NCBI GenBank assembly: GCA_018652625.1
Contig: JABIBT010000008.1
Location: forward strand, 1 to 35,067
Direction: 5' to 3'
From: Candidatus Woesearchaeota archaeon
GTDB taxonomy: Archaea > Nanobdellota > Nanobdellia > SCGC-AAA011-G17 > PNOQ01
DNA length: 35,067 nt
The notes under the pieces: generated by a model
What the model was told of the DNA's origin: nothing
The model's database searches: none
Seen by the model: the letters and a program-made list of their open reading frames with translations, nothing else
Program-made: the position numbers and the translations under genes
In this document: piece by piece, positions 9,174 to 17,803 of the stretch
Position numbering within the stretch: position 1 is the first letter of the stretch
Layout: every line of letters starts with the position of its first letter

Positions 9174-9707
9174 TTATTGTAATGCTATTTCTATTCCTAC
9201 CTTAAATTTATCTCTTCCGGGTTCGTTATAATCTCGGTTATTAAAATAATTTCTTTTATATTGGAATAATAATGAATATCTATCATTTAATTTTTTTATT
9301 AATTCTGCTCTAAGATAACATCCTGGAATCAATCGTTTCATGTGATTTGTAGTGTCTGCTATTTCTGGATAAAATTCTTCAGTTAGTACTAACTGTTCAC
9401 CGGCTCCGAAACCTAGTCCTAAGGAATAATTTTTAGTTAATTTTCTTTCTAACATTAAATCTATTAGATGTTCTTCGTTTGTTCCTTCTGCTGTAAAAAA
9501 TAAACCAAATTTTCCTTGATAATTTTCATTAAGTTGTTTATTAACGCTAAATCCTAATTCTATATTTGCGTGAACTTTACTGGCCCCCAAACCACAATAA
9601 ATAGAATAATCTCCAGTATCTAAATCTATAGTTCTTGGTACTGCATTTGTATTTGCTGATAAGAAAAGTAATAATGTGGCTGTTTTTATTTTATTTGATA
9701 AATTCAA
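9174..9707 (-). CDS. Secreted protein with an outer-membrane beta-barrel-like pattern
   Basis: N-terminal signal peptide (K-K, hydrophobic core, TNA cleavage), about eight amphipathic strands, and a repeated turn motif KQLNENY/RKLTKNY/KKLNDRY. Confidence 0.6.
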   Translation of the reverse strand: MNLSNKIKTATLLLFLSANTNAVPRTIDLDTGDYSIYCGLGASKVHANIELGFSVNKQLNENYQGKFGLFFTAEGTNEEHLIDLMLERKLTKNYSLGLGFGAGEQLVLTEEFYPEIADTTNHMKRLIPGCYLRAELIKKLNDRYSLLFQYKRNYFNNRDYNEPGRDKFKVGIEIALQ

Positions 9708-9744
9708 TGTTTAAATGAAAGGGGAGATTAATTTAAATAATTTT

Positions 9745-10194
9745 TTAAAATTCTGCTAAAATATCACTTAAACTTTGAGCTAGAATATTATACATTTTTT
9801 GTATTGTTAACTCATATATTGCTTCTTTTAGTGGCCCTGTACAATGTGGGAGAATTTCTGTTGTAAATGTTGATCCTTTTTCTAATTTACAGTCCATAGA
9901 TTTTCCTTCGAAAAGTTTTGCTGTATCTGGATCTGTTTCAATTGGCATATCGACCAAAGTTACTCTTGTTTTACATTGGTTATTTTCTTTTCCTGTTATT
10001 TGATATATAAAAGTTGAACCTTCATCCATTACTGTTAGTTTTGTTTTTTTACAATTTTCTAGATGTCTATTATAACATGATTTATCTTCTTCACAATCAA
10101 ACTCATAGGAATAATATAATATGCCTATTGCAAAAATAAGAATTACTATAATTGGTATTAAAACAATACTCCTCCTCTTTTTCTTCTTCTTCAT
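9745..10194 (-). CDS. Membrane-anchored Cys-rich extracellular hypothetical protein
   Basis: Basic N-terminus, one TM helix, six Cys, including GKSMDC and C.GPLKEA motifs. Confidence 0.75.
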   Translation of the reverse strand: MKKKKKRRSIVLIPIIVILIFAIGILYYSYEFDCEEDKSCYNRHLENCKKTKLTVMDEGSTFIYQITGKENNQCKTRVTLVDMPIETDPDTAKLFEGKSMDCKLEKGSTFTTEILPHCTGPLKEAIYELTIQKMYNILAQSLSDILAEF

Positions 10195-10235
10195 ATAAAA
10201 GAAAAAAAGGAGTTATTGTTTTATTAAGTTTTCGA

Positions 10236-11495
10236 TTATAGGTCTGCCTTTGTTATTATTTTGACTTTCATCGATCTTTGAACTTTTGAAGACATTGCAA
10301 CCAAATTCTTTATTCCTACTCTTTCTGAGAGTTTTACTAAATCTATGTCTATTTCTCCATCAAAGATTACAGTATTTATTCCAGATTTTAAAGATTTGAT
10401 TGTTGTTGCCAATTCAGAAGTTGGAACTTTTCCTAGAATGTTTGTGTCTTCATCTAATATGTAAGCTCCCCTTGTACCAACTAAGTCATCTATCATTTCT
10501 TTGTATAATTTTGTTTCTGTAGGTGTTATTCTTGCTTTTCTTATTGGAGGTCTTGCACTCGTCTCTGTTTTATATTTCGTTGCTGTAGTTGTTCTTGTTG
10601 TTCTTGCTGCTGTCCTCGGTGCAGTAGTTCTTCTTTCTGAAGTTTTAGCTGTTGTAGTAGATCTGGTTATCTCTAATTTTGATTGTTCTGCAGCTACTTT
10701 ATTTCTCAATGCTTTATTTATTTCTTTTTTTGTTAGCTCTTCCACTTCTTTTCCATCTGGTGCTTTTACTATGTAATCTATTTCTGCTACGCTCATTATT
10801 TCTTTTATAATTAAATCTCCGCCTCTGTCTCCATCCACAAAAACCGTTACTTCTTTTCTTTTACTTAAATCGATAATTGTCTGAGGTACAGATGTCCCAT
10901 TTAATGCAATTGGATTTTTTATTCCATTTTTCAGTAAAGTTAGTACGTCTGCCCTTCCTTCAACTACGATTATTTCATCAGATTCTTCTATAATTGGTCC
11001 TGCTGCTAACCTATCTTTTCCATATTCTATAAGTTCCATCATTCTTACTGAATGTGAAACTTCTTCTGTTATTTCTTGAGAATCGGGTAAAACATTGTCC
11101 GTAAATTCTCTCAAAAGTTCTTTTGCCCTGTCTACAACATAAGCTCTTTTAGATGTTCTTACATCTTCTATATTTTTTGATACTACCTTGGCATTACATG
11201 GACCAATTCTTTGTATTGTCTCCAATGCCGCTGCAATAATCGCTGTTTCAGCTTTGTCTAAACTTGACGGAATTATTATCTCTCCGCTAGCTTTTCCACT
11301 TTTTGTTGTTAAATTTACTTCGATTCTACCTATTTTTCCATTTCTTTGAAGTTCTCTTAATTCTAAGTCTTCTCCAAGCAGGCCCTCTGTTTGACCGAAT
11401 ACTGCTCCGATTACGTCAGGTCTGTCTACTGTTCCTTCAATTGTGATATTAGAGTGAACTATATATTTAGCTGCTACTAAGCCAATTTTTCCCAT
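10236..11495 (-). CDS. dnaG: Archaeal DnaG-type primase (TOPRIM; exosome-associated)
   Basis: KY......I.G.VDRPDVIGAVFGQTEGLLG..L.LRELQ..GKIGRI, IIVVEGRADV, F.DGDRGG, APDGKEVEEL; SD GGAGG at 11504-11508 (minus). Confidence 0.96.
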   Translation of the reverse strand: MGKIGLVAAKYIVHSNITIEGTVDRPDVIGAVFGQTEGLLGEDLELRELQRNGKIGRIEVNLTTKSGKASGEIIIPSSLDKAETAIIAAALETIQRIGPCNAKVVSKNIEDVRTSKRAYVVDRAKELLREFTDNVLPDSQEITEEVSHSVRMMELIEYGKDRLAAGPIIEESDEIIVVEGRADVLTLLKNGIKNPIALNGTSVPQTIIDLSKRKEVTVFVDGDRGGDLIIKEIMSVAEIDYIVKAPDGKEVEELTKKEINKALRNKVAAEQSKLEITRSTTTAKTSERRTTAPRTAARTTRTTTATKYKTETSARPPIRKARITPTETKLYKEMIDDLVGTRGAYILDEDTNILGKVPTSELATTIKSLKSGINTVIFDGEIDIDLVKLSERVGIKNLVAMSSKVQRSMKVKIITKADL

Positions 11496-11695
11496 TTTAT
11501 TTTCCTCCTATGCTTTTAAAACCTAAAAAGAACAAGTTCGTCGTTTTATTTAAACGATTCCTTAACAAATAAATGTAATGTTTTAAATGAATATGATTTT
11601 TTGTTCTTTAAAGGTTTGTAGCCCGATATTAACCCCAAAGCTCATAGCTTGATGTTACATCGTTGGCTCCATTTGGTAAATTCTCTTACCGGGCC
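11496..11695 (-). ncRNA. Structured 5' leader or small RNA upstream of dnaG
   Basis: GC-rich island starting about 25 nt after TATA box TTTATAAA (11719-11726). Stem GGCCCGGTA/TATCGGGCT encloses hairpins GATG-TAA-CATC and AGCT-ATG-AGCT; a second long stem is AAACCT..AAAGAACAA/TTGTTCTTT..AGGTTT. Confidence 0.65.
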
Positions 11696-11735
11696 TTGAT
11701 AGAAGGTTTTGATTTTCGTTTATAAAGGTTTGGAT

Positions 11736-12233
11736 TTACTTAAATTTATGTAGATTTAGATATGATTTTGTTCTGTGAAATATATCGTGAGCATCATCAA
11801 TTAGCTCTTTTTCGTATCTTTCTCTTCTTCCAGTTGATATAAATTTATCAAATATTGCTCTTGTGAATTTCATAATTGGGTTGTTTTCCCATTTTTGTTC
11901 ATAATCTGTTTCTATTGATGCTTCATACTTGATAGTCAGGTTTCCGTTTACTGTTTTTCCTTGTTTTGTTTCTATAGTTTTATAATTTTTTAGAGAAATT
12001 GATAAGTTTATGAGATATCTTGAATAATTATCTATATATTTTTGTCCTTCCCACTTTATTTTTACTGATTTTCTCTCTCCTTTTATTATATCTTCATATT
12101 CTCTTTCATAGAAATTGTAATTGTGGAGATCAAACCATGCCTTTAGAGTTCTGTACAACTCTATCATGTTGAACTGGGCCTCTTTTTTTATTACTAATTT
12201 ATCTCCCCTAATTATCCAATCTTGTTCTGGCAT
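11736..12233 (-). CDS. Hypothetical protein, paralogue 3 of a tandem triplet
   Basis: FN..ELY..LKAW....Y.FYE...I.W...K....Y..Y...G.L.I...A...DY..KW, shared with the two neighbours. Confidence 0.85.
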   Translation of the reverse strand: MPEQDWIIRGDKLVIKKEAQFNMIELYRTLKAWFDLHNYNFYEREYEDIIKGERKSVKIKWEGQKYIDNYSRYLINLSISLKNYKTIETKQGKTVNGNLTIKYEASIETDYEQKWENNPIMKFTRAIFDKFISTGRRERYEKELIDDAHDIFHRTKSYLNLHKFK

Positions 12234-12271
12234 ATATAAATTTTAGAAAATGGAATATATAAAGTTTTTCT

Positions 12272-12781
12272 TTAGTATTGGTGCATTGTTAAGAATGATT
12301 TTATTTCATCGTGGAAAGCATACGTTTTTGCATATAATTCTATTTTATAATCGTCTATTCTATCTTTTATTATAAACTTTTCATAGATGGATTGGCCCAA
12401 TCCCTTTCTTTCTCCCCATTTTTTACTTCTGTCTGTTACAATATTTGATTTTATTCTTAGTTCTACTTCTCCACGCTGTATTTTTATTTTTTTCCCTTCT
12501 TTTTCTATTTCTATATCTTTTAAACCCAAAATAAAAAATCCAATTCTGAGATGATATGCGAAATAGTCACTTTTGTTTTTTTGAGCACTCCAACGTATTT
12601 CTATTTGTTGTGATTCTCCTTTCATTCTTTGTGCAAATTTTTCTTCCTGAAAATTATTATCTTGATCTCCATATCCTTGGTAGTCTAACCAAAACTTCAT
12701 GTGTTTATATAGCTCTCCCAGATCAAATATTCCTCTCCACTTCATTTTGATTTCTGGGACCACAGTAATTGTATCTTGCAT
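12272..12781 (-). CDS. Hypothetical protein, paralogue 2 of a tandem triplet
   Basis: GIFDL.ELY..MK.WL...GY...F.E...IEI.W.A.K...DY..Y...GEVE..I.S....D...KW. Confidence 0.85.
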   Translation of the reverse strand: MQDTITVVPEIKMKWRGIFDLGELYKHMKFWLDYQGYGDQDNNFQEEKFAQRMKGESQQIEIRWSAQKNKSDYFAYHLRIGFFILGLKDIEIEKEGKKIKIQRGEVELRIKSNIVTDRSKKWGERKGLGQSIYEKFIIKDRIDDYKIELYAKTYAFHDEIKSFLTMHQY

Positions 12782-12816
12782 ATCTTAAATTTTGTTGATG
12801 AAGTTTATAAGTTTTT

Positions 12817-13299
12817 TTATCTGAAGAATTCTAATACTTCTTTTGCTGTTTTCTGAAGATCTTTTACTTCCTCTAAAAGTTTAAGTTTATTTTTTGTTAT
12901 ATTCTCTTTGATTAGAACATTGGTGTATAGTCTGAATAAAAGATTTTTAATTCTTGATGAGGACCATTGCTCTCTGTAGTCTAGAACTACACTGGCAGTA
13001 AATGTTATTTTTGAGGTTCCTGAAACCAGGTTGTCTGAAGCAGGATGTAGTTCTTTAAATCTAAATTTTATTACCATATCATATTTCATAAAATCTGTTA
13101 TTTCTCTTTCTGCTTTCCATATTAATCCTATCTCATCACCTATATCTATTTTTTTATGTTGGTGATCTGCTTCTAAGAAATCATAGCCGTTTTCATCTAG
13201 CCAAGCATGCATTGTTTGATATAGCTTTTCAAGATTAAAAACACCTTTGTGTCTTATTTGGTATCCTTCGCTTACTTGGGCTTTTATTTTCTTACTCAT
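12817..13299 (-). CDS. Hypothetical protein, paralogue 1 of a tandem triplet
   Basis: GVFNL.KLY..M.AWL..NGY.F.E...I...W.A.R...DF..Y...G...ITF.A....DY..QW. Confidence 0.85.
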   Translation of the reverse strand: MSKKIKAQVSEGYQIRHKGVFNLEKLYQTMHAWLDENGYDFLEADHQHKKIDIGDEIGLIWKAEREITDFMKYDMVIKFRFKELHPASDNLVSGTSKITFTASVVLDYREQWSSSRIKNLLFRLYTNVLIKENITKNKLKLLEEVKDLQKTAKEVLEFFR

Positions 13300-13335
13300 A
13301 GAATAGAGAATAAAAATAATAGTTAATAAATGTTT

Positions 13336-13761
13336 TTATCTTCCTTTTATCCTGAATTTTTCTATAAATATATCATATAAATCTGGTTGAATCTTTAGAA
13401 CGTCCTTGTAGGTTAGTAGTCCAACTAGTTTTTCTCCATCTGTTACAGGAAGTCTTCTTACATTTTCTCTTGACATAAAGTAAATTGCGTCGTATAAATC
13501 TAAAGTTGGAGAAATTTTAAGCATAGTAGTAGACATAATATCTTTTGCTTTAGATTTTTTTATATTTAATTCATTTGTAATTGCTTTATTTACGAAATCT
13601 TTTTCTGTAATTATTCCTAAGAGTTTTCCATTTTCTTCTACAATAAGGCTCCCAACATCTCCTTTAATCATTTTAGCTGCACACTTCAGTAAGTTCTCTT
13701 CTGGGCCTACAACTATTGGAGATTTTGTCATTGCATCCATAACTTTTATGCCAGTTTTCAT
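13336..13761 (-). CDS. CBS domain pair protein
   Basis: V.DAMTK.P, VGSLIV...[23 protein letters not shown]....KLVGLLT.KD. Confidence 0.93.
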   Translation of the reverse strand: MKTGIKVMDAMTKSPIVVGPEENLLKCAAKMIKGDVGSLIVEENGKLLGIITEKDFVNKAITNELNIKKSKAKDIMSTTMLKISPTLDLYDAIYFMSRENVRRLPVTDGEKLVGLLTYKDVLKIQPDLYDIFIEKFRIKGR

Positions 13762-13827
13762 CTTAATTTTATACTATTTTTTGAATTAATAAGTATATTG
13801 GTGATGAGTTTTTTTAGATTTCTTATT

Positions 13828-13843
13828 CAAAACCTTTATAAAT
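13828..13843 (+). promoter_or_regulatory. BRE/TATA promoter of the thermosome gene (near-leaderless)
   Basis: AAAACC-TTTATAAA about 25 nt before ATG 13867; the same layout recurs at many genes in the window. Confidence 0.65.
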
Positions 13844-13866
13844 GGACTTGGATTTCTCGGATTAGA

Positions 13867-15471
13867 ATGGCAGACGATAAACAACCAGTATACATCTTAT
13901 CTGAAGGAAATCAGAGGACTTATGGGAAAGAAGCTCAGAGAAACAATATTATGGCTGCTAAGTTAGTGGCTGAGACAGTAAGAAGTACCTTGGGCCCTAA
14001 GGGAATGGACAAAATGCTGGTTGATTCTATGGGCGATGTTGTTATTACAAATGATGGTGTTACAATCTTAGAAGAAATGCAAATTGAACATCCTGCAGCT
14101 AAAATGATTGTTGAGATTGCTAAAACTCAAGAAGATGAAGTTGGAGATGGTACAACTAGCGCGGTTGTTTTTGCTGGCGAATTATTAAAAAATGCTGAAA
14201 GTCTATTAGAAAAGAATATTCATCCTACTATTGTTGCTAAAGGTTTTAGATTAGCAGAAAGTAAAGCTCAGGAAATTTTGAATGAAATAGCAGAAGATGT
14301 TTCTTTAGATAATGAGGATATACTTGAAAAAATTGCTATGACTGCTATGACAGGAAAAGGTGCAGAAGCTTCAAAGGAAAAGTTAGCTAAATTAGCTGTT
14401 GGTGCTGTAAAGCAAGTTTTAGATGATAATATAGATTTGAATAATATTAAAGTTGAGAAAAAAGTTGGTGGCGGTGTTGAAAATTCTGAATTAATACAAG
14501 GAATTGTTTTAGATAAAGAGAAATTACATTCAAGTATGCCTTCTAAGATTAATGATGCTAAAATTGCATTGATTAGTGTTCCTTTAGAAATAAAAGATAC
14601 TGAAATTGATGCTAAAATTCAAATTACATCTCCTGAGCAGATGCAAAGCTTTATTGAGCAAGAGGAAAATATGTTGAGAAGTATGGCTCAGAAAGTAATT
14701 GATTCTGGTGCTAATGTTTTAATATCTCAAAAAGGAATTGATGATTTGGCTCAACATTATTTAGCTAAGGCCGGAGTTTATGCTGTTAGAAGAGTTAAGC
14801 AATCAGATATGGAAAAATTGATTAGAGCTACTGGTGGAAAAATTGTTAGTAACTTGAAAGATTTAAGTGAATCTGATTTGGGTAAATCTGGTTTGGTTGA
14901 AGAAGTTAAAATTGGAGATGAAGAATTTACTTATGTTACTAATTGTGAAAATCCAAAAGCTGTTACGTTTTTAGTTCGGGGTGGAACTGAGCATGTTGTT
15001 GATGAAGTTGAAAGAGCAATTCAAGATGCTTTGGGTGATTTAGCAGCAGCTTTGAAAAATGGAAAAGTTGTTGGCGGTGCAGGTGCTCCAGAAATAGAAT
15101 TGAGTAAAAGATTAAGAGAATTTGCAAATACTTTAAGTGGTCGTGAACAATTAGCTGTTTTAGCTTTTGCAGAATCTATGGAAGCGATTCCAATTACTCT
15201 GGCTGAAAATGCAGGTATAGATCCAATTGATATTTTGACAGAGTTAAAAGCTAGACATGATTCTGGAGATAAATGGGCAGGTATTGATGTCTTTTCTGGA
15301 AAGGTTGTTGATTCCTGGAGTGCGGGTGTAATTGAGCCTTTGAAAATTAAGACTCAGGCTATAAAGAGTGCAGCCGAGGTTTCAGAGATGATTTTAAGGA
15401 TAGATGATGTGATTGCTTCTGGAAAAGGAAGTGGTCAAGCTCCGATGCAACCTCCAATGGGTTATGAGTAA
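13867..15471 (+). CDS. ths: Thermosome subunit (group II chaperonin)
   Basis: [38 protein letters not shown]; ATG at 13867 ([11 protein letters not shown]) preferred to GTG at 13798. Confidence 0.97.
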   Translation: MADDKQPVYILSEGNQRTYGKEAQRNNIMAAKLVAETVRSTLGPKGMDKMLVDSMGDVVITNDGVTILEEMQIEHPAAKMIVEIAKTQEDEVGDGTTSAVVFAGELLKNAESLLEKNIHPTIVAKGFRLAESKAQEILNEIAEDVSLDNEDILEKIAMTAMTGKGAEASKEKLAKLAVGAVKQVLDDNIDLNNIKVEKKVGGGVENSELIQGIVLDKEKLHSSMPSKINDAKIALISVPLEIKDTEIDAKIQITSPEQMQSFIEQEENMLRSMAQKVIDSGANVLISQKGIDDLAQHYLAKAGVYAVRRVKQSDMEKLIRATGGKIVSNLKDLSESDLGKSGLVEEVKIGDEEFTYVTNCENPKAVTFLVRGGTEHVVDEVERAIQDALGDLAAALKNGKVVGGAGAPEIELSKRLREFANTLSGREQLAVLAFAESMEAIPITLAENAGIDPIDILTELKARHDSGDKWAGIDVFSGKVVDSWSAGVIEPLKIKTQAIKSAAEVSEMILRIDDVIASGKGSGQAPMQPPMGYE

Positions 15472-15502
15472 GATTTATAAAATTCTATTTTCAATTTAAA
15501 GT

Positions 15503-16135
15503 ATGTTTTTCAAGAAAAAAGAGGATTTTTTGAAATTTTCTACAAAGATCAAGAAATTTTTAGACGTGGGCAATTTTGATTCTGCTATTGCCCGTTATAC
15601 TGAATTTGAGAAAAGGTTTAAGAAATTAGATTCTGAAAAGAAAGAAGAGTATCGGGAAGAGTATGAATCTGTGGTTAAACAATTATTGATTTATATGAAA
15701 ATTCGTGATTTGAATGTAATCATTAATGGGGATGATGTGGTGTTGATTAATAGTTCTTTAAATTATTTGAAAGATATACAGGAGGATACAATTGGAATGC
15801 CTGAAAAATATTCTAATTTCGTTAAAAACAAATATCTTGGATTTTATAATAGGTATAGCTATAAGTTGGCTTTACTAGAATTGAATAAATCTTTAGATAG
15901 AGTTTACAAATTAAAAGACGAACAAAATTATGATATGGCTTTAGAATTCTTTCCAGAAGTTATGAAGAAGTATCGAGAGTTGGAGGAGTATTTGCCCGGA
16001 GAGTCTAAGAAGGTTTTTGGAAAACTTATAGAGTTAAGAGAAGAACTTAAACTTGATTTGATGGAATTTAGGGCACATAGTCCGGTTGCTGAGGTGAATG
16101 TGAAAACTTTGAAACGAAGTTTGAAGAAAAAGTAA
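15503..16135 (+). CDS. Hypothetical alpha-helical protein
   Basis: 210-aa ORF with two similar helical segments (GNFDSAIARYTEFEKRFKKL / QNYDMALEFFPEVMKKYREL). Confidence 0.7.
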   Translation: MFFKKKEDFLKFSTKIKKFLDVGNFDSAIARYTEFEKRFKKLDSEKKEEYREEYESVVKQLLIYMKIRDLNVIINGDDVVLINSSLNYLKDIQEDTIGMPEKYSNFVKNKYLGFYNRYSYKLALLELNKSLDRVYKLKDEQNYDMALEFFPEVMKKYRELEEYLPGESKKVFGKLIELREELKLDLMEFRAHSPVAEVNVKTLKRSLKKK

Positions 16136-16167
16136 GTTATATTAATTAAAGAATACTCTCTCTTTTT

Positions 16168-16590
16168 ATGGATTGGAATTTAGAGGATTATGGATTTGAT
16201 GAAGAAGGACTTAAGGGAAGGATTTTGGGTTCTTTTGAAGATAATGGCATTGCCCCAGTTGAAGATGTTTTAAAGATTAATTATGGGAGAAAAGGAGTTG
16301 TTGAAGTTTCTTATGTTGCAGATTCTGTTGATGTTAAATTTGATATTAATTTTGAATTAGAGGAAGGTTGGAAGTTTGAAGGAAATCAAATTAATTTATG
16401 GCTTTATTGTGGTGGAGAAGAATTGGGGACCAAAGTAGATAGGGCAATGCAAAGTTTGGCTAATAAACTTAAGTTAGGTAGAGTTTTAGTTAGTGGTCTT
16501 GATGATGAAGATGAGAAGTTTTGGCTTGAAAAGAGAAGTTATGAGTCTGCGGGTAGTGGAACCATGGGTATAAAATTAATAGATTTCTAA
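16168..16590 (+). CDS. Hypothetical protein, possible degenerate GNAT fold
   Basis: ELGTKV......LA..L....V.V......KFWLEKRSY resembles GNAT motifs A and B. Confidence 0.55.
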   Translation: MDWNLEDYGFDEEGLKGRILGSFEDNGIAPVEDVLKINYGRKGVVEVSYVADSVDVKFDINFELEEGWKFEGNQINLWLYCGGEELGTKVDRAMQSLANKLKLGRVLVSGLDDEDEKFWLEKRSYESAGSGTMGIKLIDF

Positions 16591-16627
16591 TAGTAAATTA
16601 TATTAATGTTTTAGTGTTCACTTTTTT

Positions 16628-17773
16628 ATGGTTTTTAATGTGGTGTTTAGGGAAACTGGATGTTGTCTTCCTGAGAGGATTGTTTCTAATTCTGATTTTG
16701 AAGACTATGAATTTTATACTTCCGAGGGAAAGCCAGAGATCCAGCCTACTGCTCAAATTATTAGAAAGGCTGAAAGGAGATTTGGGATTAAAGAAAGAAG
16801 GTTGGCTAGAGAGGATCAAGTTGCTTCTGATTTGGGTGCAATAGCTGTGGCAAATTCTGGAGTTGATACTAATTCTTTGGATATGATTATTGGAGCATCA
16901 AACTATGGAGATATGGTGGTTGGAGATGTTGGTTATCCTACTTGTGATTTTGTTCCTAGTTTGGCTTCGAGGGTTGCTAGAAAAACCGGGCTTGTTGGGG
17001 AAGGGAAATACTTTAAGAGTTTTGATTTAATTGATGCCTGTGCAGGAGGTTTAGAATCTATGTTTGTTGCTGAGATGTACATTAGAAATAATATGTTTTC
17101 TGAAATTAATAAAGCTGGCGTTGTAGCCATGGAAACTTTATTTAGAGTTGGAGATACTTCTAGTAAAGATATATTGCTTCTTGGTGAGGGGGGAGCGTTT
17201 GTTGCTCTTGAAGGAGTTGAGAGTGATAGAAAAGAGGGCATTCTTTCTTGTGCTACTCAAACTGTTCGTTATTTTGTTCCTAAACTTGGAATAGATTCGA
17301 AGATGGAGCCCGTTACTGATTGTTCAAAGTACATTACATCTGGAGTGCCAAATAATCCTGCTTTGAGAGATGGACGTCGCTGCTTTAAAATGCTTGGACC
17401 TTTTGTTAAACAGGTTGCTAGTGAATATGTCCCGCTTGTTGCTAGAAGGGCAATGGAAAGGGCCGGAGTTGGTGTTGATGAATTAAAACTACTTATTTTT
17501 CATCAAGCGAATGCAGATATGGTTAATGATATGGCCTTAGGAAGTGGGGTTAGGGCGGATGATCTTGACAGGAAAGTCCCAATAACTAATGATTGGCTTG
17601 CTAATCAATCTCTTGTTTCTACTCCAACTATATTGGATCTTGTTTATAGGGGTAAGTTAACTAGTCCTAAAAGTCATGTTTATAGTATTAATCCTGGAGA
17701 TAAAATATTAATTGCTACTGTTGGTGGGGGCATTAGTGCTAATGCTATGGTGTATCAGGAACCTATGCGTTAG
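16628..17773 (+). CDS. fabH: 3-oxoacyl-ACP synthase III (FabH/KAS III)-like condensing enzyme
   Basis: TG..LPERIVSNSDF, FGI.ERR, catalytic triad FDLIDACAG (Cys), IFHQAN (His), LANQS (Asn), and GDKIL...VGGG. Confidence 0.85.
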   Translation: MVFNVVFRETGCCLPERIVSNSDFEDYEFYTSEGKPEIQPTAQIIRKAERRFGIKERRLAREDQVASDLGAIAVANSGVDTNSLDMIIGASNYGDMVVGDVGYPTCDFVPSLASRVARKTGLVGEGKYFKSFDLIDACAGGLESMFVAEMYIRNNMFSEINKAGVVAMETLFRVGDTSSKDILLLGEGGAFVALEGVESDRKEGILSCATQTVRYFVPKLGIDSKMEPVTDCSKYITSGVPNNPALRDGRRCFKMLGPFVKQVASEYVPLVARRAMERAGVGVDELKLLIFHQANADMVNDMALGSGVRADDLDRKVPITNDWLANQSLVSTPTILDLVYRGKLTSPKSHVYSINPGDKILIATVGGGISANAMVYQEPMR

Positions 17774-17803
17774 TTTTATAAGTTTTAGTTAAAGGTTAGT
17801 TTT

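Noticed and set aside
10540-10670. Thr/Arg-rich linker in DnaG as another copy of the shared peptide module or an intein
   Set aside because: No similarity to the uS4/FtsY module and no intein motifs; variable linkers at this position are usual in archaeal DnaG.
11620-11695. Possible tRNA (about 75 nt, closed by a GC stem)
   Set aside because: No T-loop (TTCRA) or D-loop consensus and no 7-nt anticodon loop.
13798-13866. N-terminal extension of the thermosome given in the ORF track (likewise 23729-23776 and 23507-23521)
   Set aside because: The extensions at 13798 and 23729 contain the TATA box; in all three cases a downstream ATG fits the promoter spacing or the family N-terminus better.
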